Shown here in pieces: positions 8,676-15,869 of a stretch of DNA of 19,089 bases. A program made the position numbers and the translations under genes. The notes beneath the pieces are model-generated. The model made no database searches, was not told where the DNA came from, and saw nothing but the letters and a program-made list of their open reading frames with translations. The stretch is from Nanopusillaceae archaeon (GTDB taxonomy: Archaea > Nanobdellota > Nanobdellia > Nanobdellales > Nanobdellaceae): assembly GCA_038833255.1 (NCBI GenBank), contig JAWBIX010000005.1, positions 1 through 19,089 on the forward strand, written 5' to 3'. Within the stretch, counting starts at the first letter, position 1. Each line of letters begins with the position of its first letter.

Positions 8676-8683
8676 TTTAAATA
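8676..8683 (+). promoter_or_regulatory. TATA box for the FlaI-like gene
   Basis: TTTAAATA lies at -34..-27 from ATG 8710. This is consistent with a leaderless or near-leaderless mRNA. Confidence 0.45.
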
Positions 8684-8691
8684 TCTCAAGA

Positions 8692-8700
8692 TTATATAAA
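8692..8700 (-). promoter_or_regulatory. TATA box for the split FlaJ operon
   Basis: The minus strand reads TTTATATAA at -35..-27 from ATG 8665. It mirrors the FlaI TATA within the 44-bp divergent spacer. Confidence 0.4.
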
Positions 8701-8709
8701 ATTATAATT

Positions 8710-10209
8710 ATGGAAATTATGCTAAACTTAAAACCAAAAATTCCAGTAATTGAAATACCTAAAAAACTTGAAGATACAAATATTGTTTATCCTTTAATTG
8801 AGCCTTTTGCTTATGCAAAAATATATTACAATAAAAAAAGAGCAACAATATTATATGAAGTTTTAGAACCTGCTTTGTCAGAAGATGAAAAAAAGCTTTT
8901 AGATTCAATAAAAATGGGAATAAAAGATCTATTATTTGTAAAATTATCAGATATAGAAGATTATAAGAAAGCTATAAGTTATTTAGAAAGATTATATAAA
9001 ATTTTATTAAAAGAACTATCAATAAAATTAAATAAAAAACAATATCAAAAAATCTTTTACTATGTTTTTAGAGATATATATGGATATGGAAAAATAGAAC
9101 CTCTTATGAGGGATCCGTTCATTGAAGATATTAGCTGTACTGGAACTCTATCTCCGATATACATCGTACATAGATTTTTTGGAAATCTAGAAACAAATAT
9201 ATTTTTTTCGGATGAAGAAGAAATCTTAGATATTATAGAAAAATTTGCTCTTAGATCAAAAAAATATATATCTTATTCCGATCCAATTTTAGATGCAACA
9301 CTACCTGATGGATCTAGAGTTAATGCTACATATTCAAAGGAAATTACAACCAGAGGTCCTACTTTTACAATTAGAAAATTTAAAGAGAATCCGTGGACTC
9401 CTATTGATTTAATTAAGTTAGAAACTGCTAGCCCAGAAATGCTCGCATATTTATGGCTAGCTATCGAATATAAAAGAAATATAATAATAATAGGAGGTAC
9501 TTCATCTGGAAAAACTACTTTTCTTAATGCTATTTCAATGTTCATACCTCCTTCAGCTAAAATAGTTTCAATAGAAGATACTAGGGAAATTAAATTATAT
9601 CATAAAAACTGGATTCCTTCAACTGTAAAATACTCTAGTGATAAAAGTAAAGAAATAGATATGTTCGTTTTGTTAAAAGAGGCTATGAGACAAAATCCGA
9701 ATTATTTAATAGTTGGTGAAGTTAGAGGGAAGGAAGCGTATGTTATGTTTCAGGCAATGGCGTCTGGACATGCTTCTTTATCTACAATGCATGCAGAATC
9801 TACAAACTCGTTAATTTATAGATTAACATCCCCGCCAATAAATTTATCTGAAAGCTTAGTAAACCTATTAGATATATCTATCTTAATGTTTCACGATGTT
9901 TCTACAGGAAGAAACGTGAGAAAAGTAAAACAAATCGACGAAATTATTAATAGCAAAGAATATAACACTATTTTCTATTGGGATCCTTTTGAAAAAAAAT
10001 TTAAAACAAATTATAAATCACATGTACTATACAAAATACATAGAGAATATGGAATACCTTATGAAGATATTGTTAAAGAGCTAATAATAAGAAGTAAATT
10101 ACTACATAAACTTTCATTTTATAATTTATCTCCCGAGGATTTCTTTAAAGTTATTAATACTTATTATTTTAACAAAAAATATATTTTGGAATTATTTAAA
10201 ATTTCTTAA
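8710..10209 (+). CDS. flaI: FlaI/ArlI-type type II/IV secretion-family ATPase (archaellum or type IV pilus assembly)
   Basis: - Motifs: Walker A IIGGTSSGKTTFLNAI, Asp box IVSIEDTREI, Walker B NYLIVGEVRGKEA, His box GHASLSTMHA.
- N-terminal YPLIEPFAYAKIYYN....ILYEVLEP is typical of archaeal FlaI.
- I chose the start at MEIMLNLK (8710) rather than the ORF-track 8620, which overlaps the divergent gene and promoter. Confidence 0.88.
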   Translation: MEIMLNLKPKIPVIEIPKKLEDTNIVYPLIEPFAYAKIYYNKKRATILYEVLEPALSEDEKKLLDSIKMGIKDLLFVKLSDIEDYKKAISYLERLYKILLKELSIKLNKKQYQKIFYYVFRDIYGYGKIEPLMRDPFIEDISCTGTLSPIYIVHRFFGNLETNIFFSDEEEILDIIEKFALRSKKYISYSDPILDATLPDGSRVNATYSKEITTRGPTFTIRKFKENPWTPIDLIKLETASPEMLAYLWLAIEYKRNIIIIGGTSSGKTTFLNAISMFIPPSAKIVSIEDTREIKLYHKNWIPSTVKYSSDKSKEIDMFVLLKEAMRQNPNYLIVGEVRGKEAYVMFQAMASGHASLSTMHAESTNSLIYRLTSPPINLSESLVNLLDISILMFHDVSTGRNVRKVKQIDEIINSKEYNTIFYWDPFEKKFKTNYKSHVLYKIHREYGIPYEDIVKELIIRSKLLHKLSFYNLSPEDFFKVINTYYFNKKYILELFKIS

Positions 10210-10220
10210 AAAATTTTTTT
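10208..10220. terminator. Bidirectional A6/T7 tract between the FlaI stop and the 23S 3' flank
   Basis: AAAAAATTTTTTT gives T7 on the plus strand (after flaI) and T6 on the minus strand (after the 23S processing-helix arm). Confidence 0.4.
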
Positions 10221-10227
10221 AGGGGTC

Positions 10228-10244
10228 GAGGGTTATATAACCCA
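10228..10244 (-). promoter_or_regulatory. 3' arm of the 23S rRNA processing helix
   Basis: GAGGGTTATATAACCCA (plus strand) is the exact reverse complement of 13186-13202 (17/17 bp). Confidence 0.8.
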
Positions 10245-13185
10245 CGGGCGATTGGGAGCGGTCGGCTCACTCCTCGGAAACCCTCGGAGCTTACACCGCC
10301 GCCCCATCAACGGGGTCTTCTACCCCAGCCCTTAACGGCCGCCTATTTTCGGGGTGGGGTTCGCCCTTAGATGCTTTCAGGGCTTACCCCTTATGGCGTA
10401 GCTACCGGGCTTGCCCTCGTCGGACAGCCCGTCCACCAGTGGCCACGGACCGCCGTTCCTTTCGTACTAGGCGGTCCTTCCCCTCAGGCGGCCAGCACCC
10501 CCGACAGTTAGAGACCGAACTGCCTCGCGGCGTTCTGAACCCATCTCACGACCCCTTTTAATGGGTGAGCACCCCCACCCTTGGCGGCTTCTGCACCGCC
10601 AGGATAGGGGGAGACGACGTCGAGGTCACGAACCGCGGGGTCGATGTGGGCTCTCGCCCGCGACTGTGCTGTTACCCCCGGAGTAGCTTTTCCGCCAGCC
10701 CATACCCCCACCAATGGGAGTATGGGGTTCGCTAGGCCCGGGTTTCCCCCCTGCGCCCCTTGATGGTCGGGGCGCAGTCAGGCCGGCTTTTGGCCTTGTC
10801 CTCCACAGCGGAGTTCTGACCCGCTTGAGCCGACCTTTTGGACCCCGCCGATATCTTTTCGGCGGGGTGCCGCCCCAGCCAAACCGCCCACCTGCCGCTG
10901 TCCTCTTCCGAGTTAGTTCCAAAGGGTCCAGAGGCGGGTGTTTCATGGACGCATCCCTTCAACCTAGCGGCTGAAGTTCATCGCTCCCCGCTACGCTACA
11001 CACTGGACCCTTTGGAACAACGGCAGGCTGCGGTTAAGCTTCACGGGGTCTTTTCTACCCATCGGGGGTCCCTGGCCTTCTCACCAGGACGGCAGGTTCA
11101 GGGGGTCCCGGCCAGGGACAGTGGCGGGCTCGTTACACCGTTCGCAAAGCCGGCATTTAACCGGCAAGGCATTACGCTACCTTAAGAGGGTCAGAGTTAC
11201 CCCCGCCGTTTACCGGCCCTTAGCCCCCTTGAACGGGGGGTTCAGGTACCGGCACTGGGCAGGTGTCGCCCCCGGTAAAAACCCTTTCGGGCTATCCGGG
11301 AGCTATGTTTTTGATAAACAGTCGGCCCGCCCTTGTCACTGCGACCTGCGGTAGCAGGATTATCCCACTACCGCAGGCACCCCTTCTCCCGAAGTTACGG
11401 GGCCAATTTGCCGAGTTCCCTTGGCCGGGTTACCCCCACGGCCTTAGGCTTCTCACCCAGGGGACCAGTATCGGTGTGCGGTACGGTCACCCGGGATCGT
11501 TTCCCTTTCCCTTTTCATAGCTGCCAGGCCTCGGCGGAAATTCAGGGATTGAGCCGGTTCTCGCCATTACGGCACTCCCCGGCCCTATTCCCCTTATCGG
11601 AGGTAAGTAGGTTTTACCCTACCCCTCCGTCCGCCTAGCCCGACAGGTCGGGAAAGGGACTTGCGTTGCCGCACCTACCCGGGTGGTAGGGGAATATTAA
11701 CCCCTTTCCCTTTCCCCATACTCCTCTCGGAGTATGGGTTAGGACCGACTAACCCCCAGTTGATCTTCATTGCTGGGGAAACCTTTCCCCCTTCGGCCAA
11801 CGGGATTCTCACCCGTCTGATTCCTACTACCGCGGGGATCTTCATTCCGGACGGCTCCAGAGCCCCTTTCGGAGCTCCTTCTAGGCCATCCGGACGCCCG
11901 CCTACCTCACGCGGATCAAAGATCCGCGGACCTGGGTCTCGGCGGCCGGCTTAGACCCGTCCGTTTTCGAGGCCTACCCCCTCGCCGGGTGAGCTGTTAC
12001 GCACTCCTTAGATGATGGCTGCTTCTAAGCCTACATCCCCGGTGTCTTAGGGGGTAGACACTCTTCCTTTTCACTTAGCCGGCACTTTGGGGCCTTAACC
12101 CAGGTCTTGGTTGTTCCCATCTCGGATACGCGGCTTTCCCGCGTACCCCGTTTCCCGGGATCTACGGATCTACCGGCTTCGGAGTTGGACTCCGTAGGGA
12201 TAACCCCTACGGAATCCGTAGCTCTACACCGGTAGAATCCTCCCCCGAGACTTGACTGCAGCCAATTTCGGCGGGGACCGGCTATCACCGGGCCCGATTG
12301 GCTTTTCACCCCTACTCCGAGGTCATGAGAGGGATTTTTCCCACCTCTTCGGGCCTCCACGGGGGTTTCCCCCCGCTTCGCCCTGCCTCGGAGTAGATCG
12401 CCCGGTTTCCGGTCGTATCCGAGTGACTATCCGCTCTTTCGAACGGGTCCCCTCGCGGTAAACCCGCTGCGGGATCTCGGTTTCCCTACGGCTTCGGGGA
12501 TAAACCCCTTAACCTCGCCACTCGGATACACTCCCCCGCACGTTCTTCCAAACGTACGGCAAGACAGGTTAATCTTACGGTTGTACTCGCCCGTTGCCGA
12601 GGCTTTCCAACCGTAAGACCTAACCTGCCTTGCCCGACTATCCCTACCCGGTTTCAGGCTCTTTTCACTCCCTGTCACGGGTTCTTTTCACCGTTCGGTC
12701 GCCCTACTATGCGCTATCGGACTCGGGGAGTATTTAGCCTTGGGGGTTGGTTACCCCCAACTTCCCGACGGAAATCCAACCGCCGGTACTCCGGAAGTGG
12801 GGATATCCTGTTATAAAAACCCCTACGGGACTGTCACCCTCTACGGTCCCGGACTTCCACCGGAGTTCGGAGTTTTTATAACAGGATATCCCCCACCCCT
12901 TAACACCACATCTCCTCTGAGTTACCTCAGAGGATTAGGTTTAGGCTTTTCCCCGTTCGGTCGCCCCTACTAGGGGAATCACACTTTGTTTTCTTTTCCT
13001 GCGGGTACTGAGATGTTTCACTTCCCCGCGTTCCCCTCCCTTACGGGATGTTCGGATTTTATCCGAACGGGAGTTCCCATTCGGGGATCCGCGGATCTTC
13101 GGTTGCATGCACCTCCCCGCGGCATTTGGCCGCTTGCCGCCCCCTTCTTCGGCTCCCGAGCCCAGGCATCCACCGGGTAGGTTAC
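10245..13185 (-). rRNA. rrl: 23S (LSU) rRNA, archaeal, ~2.94 kb
   Basis: - The minus strand begins GUAACCUACCCGGUGGAUGCCUGGGCUCGGGAGCCGAAG.
- It contains the sarcin-ricin loop CCUAGUACGAAAGGAACGG and CUGAAAGCAUCUAAG near the 3' end.
- It is G+C-rich throughout. The length leaves no room for a large intron. The ends are approximate. Confidence 0.97.
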
Positions 13186-13202
13186 TGGGTTATATAACCC
13201 TC
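13186..13202 (-). promoter_or_regulatory. 5' arm of the 23S rRNA processing helix
   Basis: TGGGTTATATAACCCTC (plus strand) pairs with 10228-10244 in the minus-strand precursor. The core GGGTTATATAACCC is itself palindromic. Confidence 0.8.
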
Positions 13203-13230
13203 TCATTCCCCTCATCTTTAATCAGAAGTC

Positions 13231-13256
13231 TCTCCCTTACCTTTCAGTAAGGGAGA
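13231..13256 (-). other. Perfect 10-bp hairpin in the 23S 5' leader
   Basis: The minus strand reads UCUCCCUUAC-UGAAAG-GUAAGGGAGA. It lies ~25-45 nt downstream of TATA-like runs (13262-13295), so it is probably at or near the 5' end of the pre-23S transcript. Confidence 0.5.
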
Positions 13257-13318
13257 TCATACTATTGTTAGATATAATCTAGCAATATTTTAAAATCTTT
13301 ATAAATTGTTGTAAAATT

Positions 13319-14995
13319 ATGATTGAATTGGAGAAAAAAGAAAACTTTTCCGAATGGTATAATCAAATAATTAGAAAAGCGGAAATAATTGATGACAGAT
13401 TTCCTGTAAAAGGAATGCCCGTATATCCACACTATGGATTTTCCATAATAAAAAATATTTTTTCAATTTTAGAAAAAATGTTAGATAAAGAAAAGTATAG
13501 AGCTATATGGATGCCGATTCTAATTCCAAAAGAAATATTTCAAAAAGAAGAGGAGCATATTCGTGGTTTTGGAAGCGAAGTATTTTACGTAAAACCTAGC
13601 AACCCTCTAGAAGAAGAAAAAGAAATATATTATATACTTAGACCAACGTCAGAAACAGAACTTTATTATATGTTTTCTTTATGGATTAATTCCTACAAGG
13701 ATTTACCACTTTTAGTTTATATGACTAACACTGTTTATAGATATGAAACAAAAGCAACAAAACCTTTAATTAGAGGTAGAGAAATTTTGTGGATAGAAGC
13801 TCATACTGCTCATAAGGATATTGATGATGCTTACAAAAACGTCAAAAAGTCTATGGAAATTTATTCCTACTTATTTTGGAATGTTTTATCGATTCCCCAT
13901 GTTTGGGTCGTAAGACCAGATTGGGATAAATTTGCAGGAGCCCAAAAAACTTTCGCAGCAGATACTATATTAGCTGATGGTAAATTTTTACAGATAGGTA
14001 CGACACACATGCTTGGTCAAAATTTTTCAAAAGCATTCGATATAAAATTTCAGGATAAGCATCCATACGTAAAAATCTCAGAGAATACTTTTGAAGCAAA
14101 AAACAAAAATGGGGAATATAAATTTATAATAAATATTTTCGATAATACTATAGAAGTTAAATTTTATGAAAAAAATATTGAAAAAGCAAAAATTTTAGAT
14201 AAAATTGAATTCTCTGGAGAGATATCTGAAGATAATGAGGAATTAATTGAAAAAATTAATAAAATATTAGAAAAACATTTTCCAAAAGAGTTTTTAGATT
14301 TAGATAACAATAAATATGTTTGGCAAACCTGCTTTGGAGTATCTATGAGATTATTAGCTGCGGTAATAGGAATACATGGTGATGATAATGGTTTAGTTTT
14401 GCCTTTTAGTATTGCACCAATACAAATAATTATAATTCCAATATATTATTCCGAATCTGAAAAAAATAAAATTTTAGATTACTGTAAAAAAATAAAAAAT
14501 ATTCTTTCCAATAAATATAGAGTAGAAATTGATGACAGAGATGATAAAACTCCAGGATGGAAATTCAATTACTGGGAAATGAAAGGAGTACCAATTAGAA
14601 TAGAAATTGGATTTAAAGAATTAGAAAGTACAACTGTAACACTTTGTGATAGATTAACTAAAAAAAGAAAATCTATTCATTTAGACAAAATTGAAGAGTG
14701 TATAGAAGAGATTTCAAATGAGATGGATTTAAAACTAAAAGAGCGTAGTAAAAAATTTTTTGAAGAAAGCATAATAAAGGTTACCTCCATAGAGGATCTA
14801 AAAAATGTTATAGAAAACAAAAAAGCAGCTAAAATTCCTTTTTGTCTAAATGAAGAATGTGGTAAAAAGTTAAAAGATACCTTAAATATTGATGTTCGTG
14901 GCTATGATATAATTCCGGAAGTTGCTGAAGATTTTGAATGTATTATTTGTAAAAATAAAGCAAAATATTGGTGTTATGTTGGAAAAAGTTATTAG
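13319..14995 (+). CDS. proS: Prolyl-tRNA synthetase, archaeal/eukaryote-like type, with an ~84-aa insertion
   Basis: 558-aa ORF. It shows FSEWYNQIIRKAEIIDDRFPVKG, LRPTSET, VYRYETK.TKPLIRGREI.WIEAHTAH, GQNFSKAF, WQTCFGVSMRLLAAVIGIHGDDNGLVLP, the anticodon-binding block IDDRDDKTPGWKFNYWEMKGVPIRIEIG, and a Cys-rich C-terminal domain ending in Tyr. Confidence 0.92.
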   Translation: MIELEKKENFSEWYNQIIRKAEIIDDRFPVKGMPVYPHYGFSIIKNIFSILEKMLDKEKYRAIWMPILIPKEIFQKEEEHIRGFGSEVFYVKPSNPLEEEKEIYYILRPTSETELYYMFSLWINSYKDLPLLVYMTNTVYRYETKATKPLIRGREILWIEAHTAHKDIDDAYKNVKKSMEIYSYLFWNVLSIPHVWVVRPDWDKFAGAQKTFAADTILADGKFLQIGTTHMLGQNFSKAFDIKFQDKHPYVKISENTFEAKNKNGEYKFIINIFDNTIEVKFYEKNIEKAKILDKIEFSGEISEDNEELIEKINKILEKHFPKEFLDLDNNKYVWQTCFGVSMRLLAAVIGIHGDDNGLVLPFSIAPIQIIIIPIYYSESEKNKILDYCKKIKNILSNKYRVEIDDRDDKTPGWKFNYWEMKGVPIRIEIGFKELESTTVTLCDRLTKKRKSIHLDKIEECIEEISNEMDLKLKERSKKFFEESIIKVTSIEDLKNVIENKKAAKIPFCLNEECGKKLKDTLNIDVRGYDIIPEVAEDFECIICKNKAKYWCYVGKSY

Positions 14996-15226
14996 GTGGC
15001 CGTAAGCCGTTTTTAGTATCTATTCTTCTAATCGGCAACCTTTTACCGGCGGGTCTTCTTTCTCAAGATACCGAAGGGCTCTCCAAGGTTGCCTCAGGTT
15101 ACCCCGAGGCATTGCCTTTTCATTTTCATATACCCTTCGGCTCTTTATTTCTTATGAAGTTGCCGGGGATTTCTCCCCCCGACTTACGTCGGCGCCCTAC
15201 GGTAAACGGACTTTCCAACGGCCACC
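14995..15226 (-). ncRNA. rnpB: RNase P RNA (reduced form, 232 nt)
   Basis: - Minus strand: GGUGGCCG-UU-GGAAAGUCCG...AGAAGAAU-AGAU-ACUAAAAACGGCUUA-CGGCCACC.
- Conserved regions: CR-I GGAAAGUCC (15208-15216), CR-IV AGNNNNAU (15022-15029), CR-V ACNRAA..GGCUUA (15003-15017).
- P4 forms from AAG(U)CCG/CGGCUU with a bulged U. P1 is an 8-bp terminal helix.
- Tandem GNRA hairpins sit in P8/P9-like positions, followed by a P10/11-P12-like arm.
- It is a G+C-rich island with a TATA box at -33..-25. Confidence 0.85.
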
Positions 15227-15230
15227 TATA

Positions 15231-15237
15231 TTTATAA
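15231..15237 (+). promoter_or_regulatory. TATA box for the Sec61-beta gene
   Basis: TTTATAA lies at -30..-24 from ATG 15261, directly abutting the RNase P RNA +1 on the other strand. Confidence 0.4.
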
Positions 15238-15250
15238 GTTTCTCTTAAAA

Positions 15251-15259
15251 TATTAAAAA
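15251..15259 (-). promoter_or_regulatory. TATA box for the RNase P RNA gene
   Basis: The minus strand reads TTTTTAATA at -33..-25 from the first G of GGUGGCCG (15226). Confidence 0.45.
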
Positions 15260-15260
15260 T

Positions 15261-15431
15261 ATGACTACAAAGAAAGTAGAAATTTCCCCTATTAGAAGCT
15301 TTGCCGGAATATTTAAATTTGGAAAAGAGAAATCTAAACTAGCTATAGATAAAAACACTTTAATAGCTTTAGCAATTATTCTGTCTATTTTAATATTAGC
15401 TGCTCATCTTTTATTTAAGTATTTTATATAA
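15261..15431 (+). CDS. secG: Preprotein translocase subunit Sec61-beta / archaeal SecG (56 aa; below ORF-track cutoff)
   Basis: Hand translation: MTTKKVEISPIRSFAGIFKFGKEKSKLAIDKNTLIALAIILSILILAAHLLFKYFI. The AG(L/I)xx(F/Y) motif, followed by a short linker and a single C-terminal TM anchor, matches archaeal Sec-beta architecture. Confidence 0.55.
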   Translation: MTTKKVEISPIRSFAGIFKFGKEKSKLAIDKNTLIALAIILSILILAAHLLFKYFI

Positions 15432-15437
15432 AAAACT

Positions 15438-15869
15438 ATGAACTACAAGGAACTTCTCTCTGAAGTTTTACACATATACAACGTATCTTTAAAAAATAAT
15501 AAAGGCTTAGAAACTGTAAAACAATTAATAAAAGCTTTATGTGACTTTTACGATTCAGCAATAACCGAATATTTGCAATATTTAAAAAAAAATGGAAAAA
15601 TAAAAGAAATTCCAGAAGCTCCAATAAAAAGATTGGATCTATTTGAAAGTCTTTTTACCTCTGAAGACATAAAACCGATGTTAGAAGATTACAAAATTTT
15701 AAGATTTTGCATAAATTCTGAGATTATAACAAAAGATGAATATAGAAGATCTATGAAAATTATATGTTCGTCTTTAGATAAGACAATAGAGATAAATCAA
15801 AAAAAATTAAAAGATTTCGTAGAAATGGCCAAAAAGTTTTCACAAATTATTGAAAAACAAATTGGCTGA
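15438..15869 (+). CDS. Hypothetical all-helical protein, overlaps the MinD-like gene
   Basis: 143-aa ORF with an ATG start. I recognise no motif. Its 3' end overlaps the next gene by 20 nt. Confidence 0.5.
   Translation: MNYKELLSEVLHIYNVSLKNNKGLETVKQLIKALCDFYDSAITEYLQYLKKNGKIKEIPEAPIKRLDLFESLFTSEDIKPMLEDYKILRFCINSEIITKDEYRRSMKIICSSLDKTIEINQKKLKDFVEMAKKFSQIIEKQIG

Noticed and set aside
8620-8709. Upstream start (8620) for the FlaI-like ORF given by the ORF track
   Set aside because: The extra 30 codons overlap the divergent flaJ start and both TATA boxes, and they encode hydrophobic filler. MEIMLNLK at 8710 fits the promoter spacing.
10508-13215. About fifteen ORFs of 64-115 aa on both strands
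   Set aside because: They lie inside the 23S rRNA gene. This is the same G+C-driven artefact as in the 16S.
13205-13262. Box C/D sRNA in the 23S leader (minus strand AUGAUC...CUGA...CUGA)
   Set aside because: The C-box is imperfect. The first CUGA is only 7 nt away and sits in the hairpin loop. The overall length and spacing are incompatible with a C/D guide.
14995-15226. SRP (7S) RNA as an alternative identity for the G+C-rich island
   Set aside because: - The GUAA-capped hairpin with GAGGCAAC initially recalled SRP helix 8.
- However, the conserved GGAA/AGCA symmetric-loop pattern and Alu-domain motifs are absent.
- CR-I, CR-IV, CR-V and the bulged-U P4 of RNase P RNA are all present in the right order.
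14968-15237. 89-aa plus-strand ORF (MVLCWKKLLGGRKPFL...)
   Set aside because: It overlaps the proS 3' end and runs antisense across the RNase P RNA candidate. It has no motif, and its composition comes from the G+C-rich RNA gene.
15800-15869. Programmed frameshift fusing the 143-aa ORF to MinD (A8 run at ~15801-15808, GAAAAAC in the overlap)
   Set aside because: The A-run lies upstream of the overlap and the upstream frame stays open through it. The overlap sequence is not a canonical X XXY YYZ heptamer in the zero frame. MinD-type proteins normally start a few residues before the P-loop.
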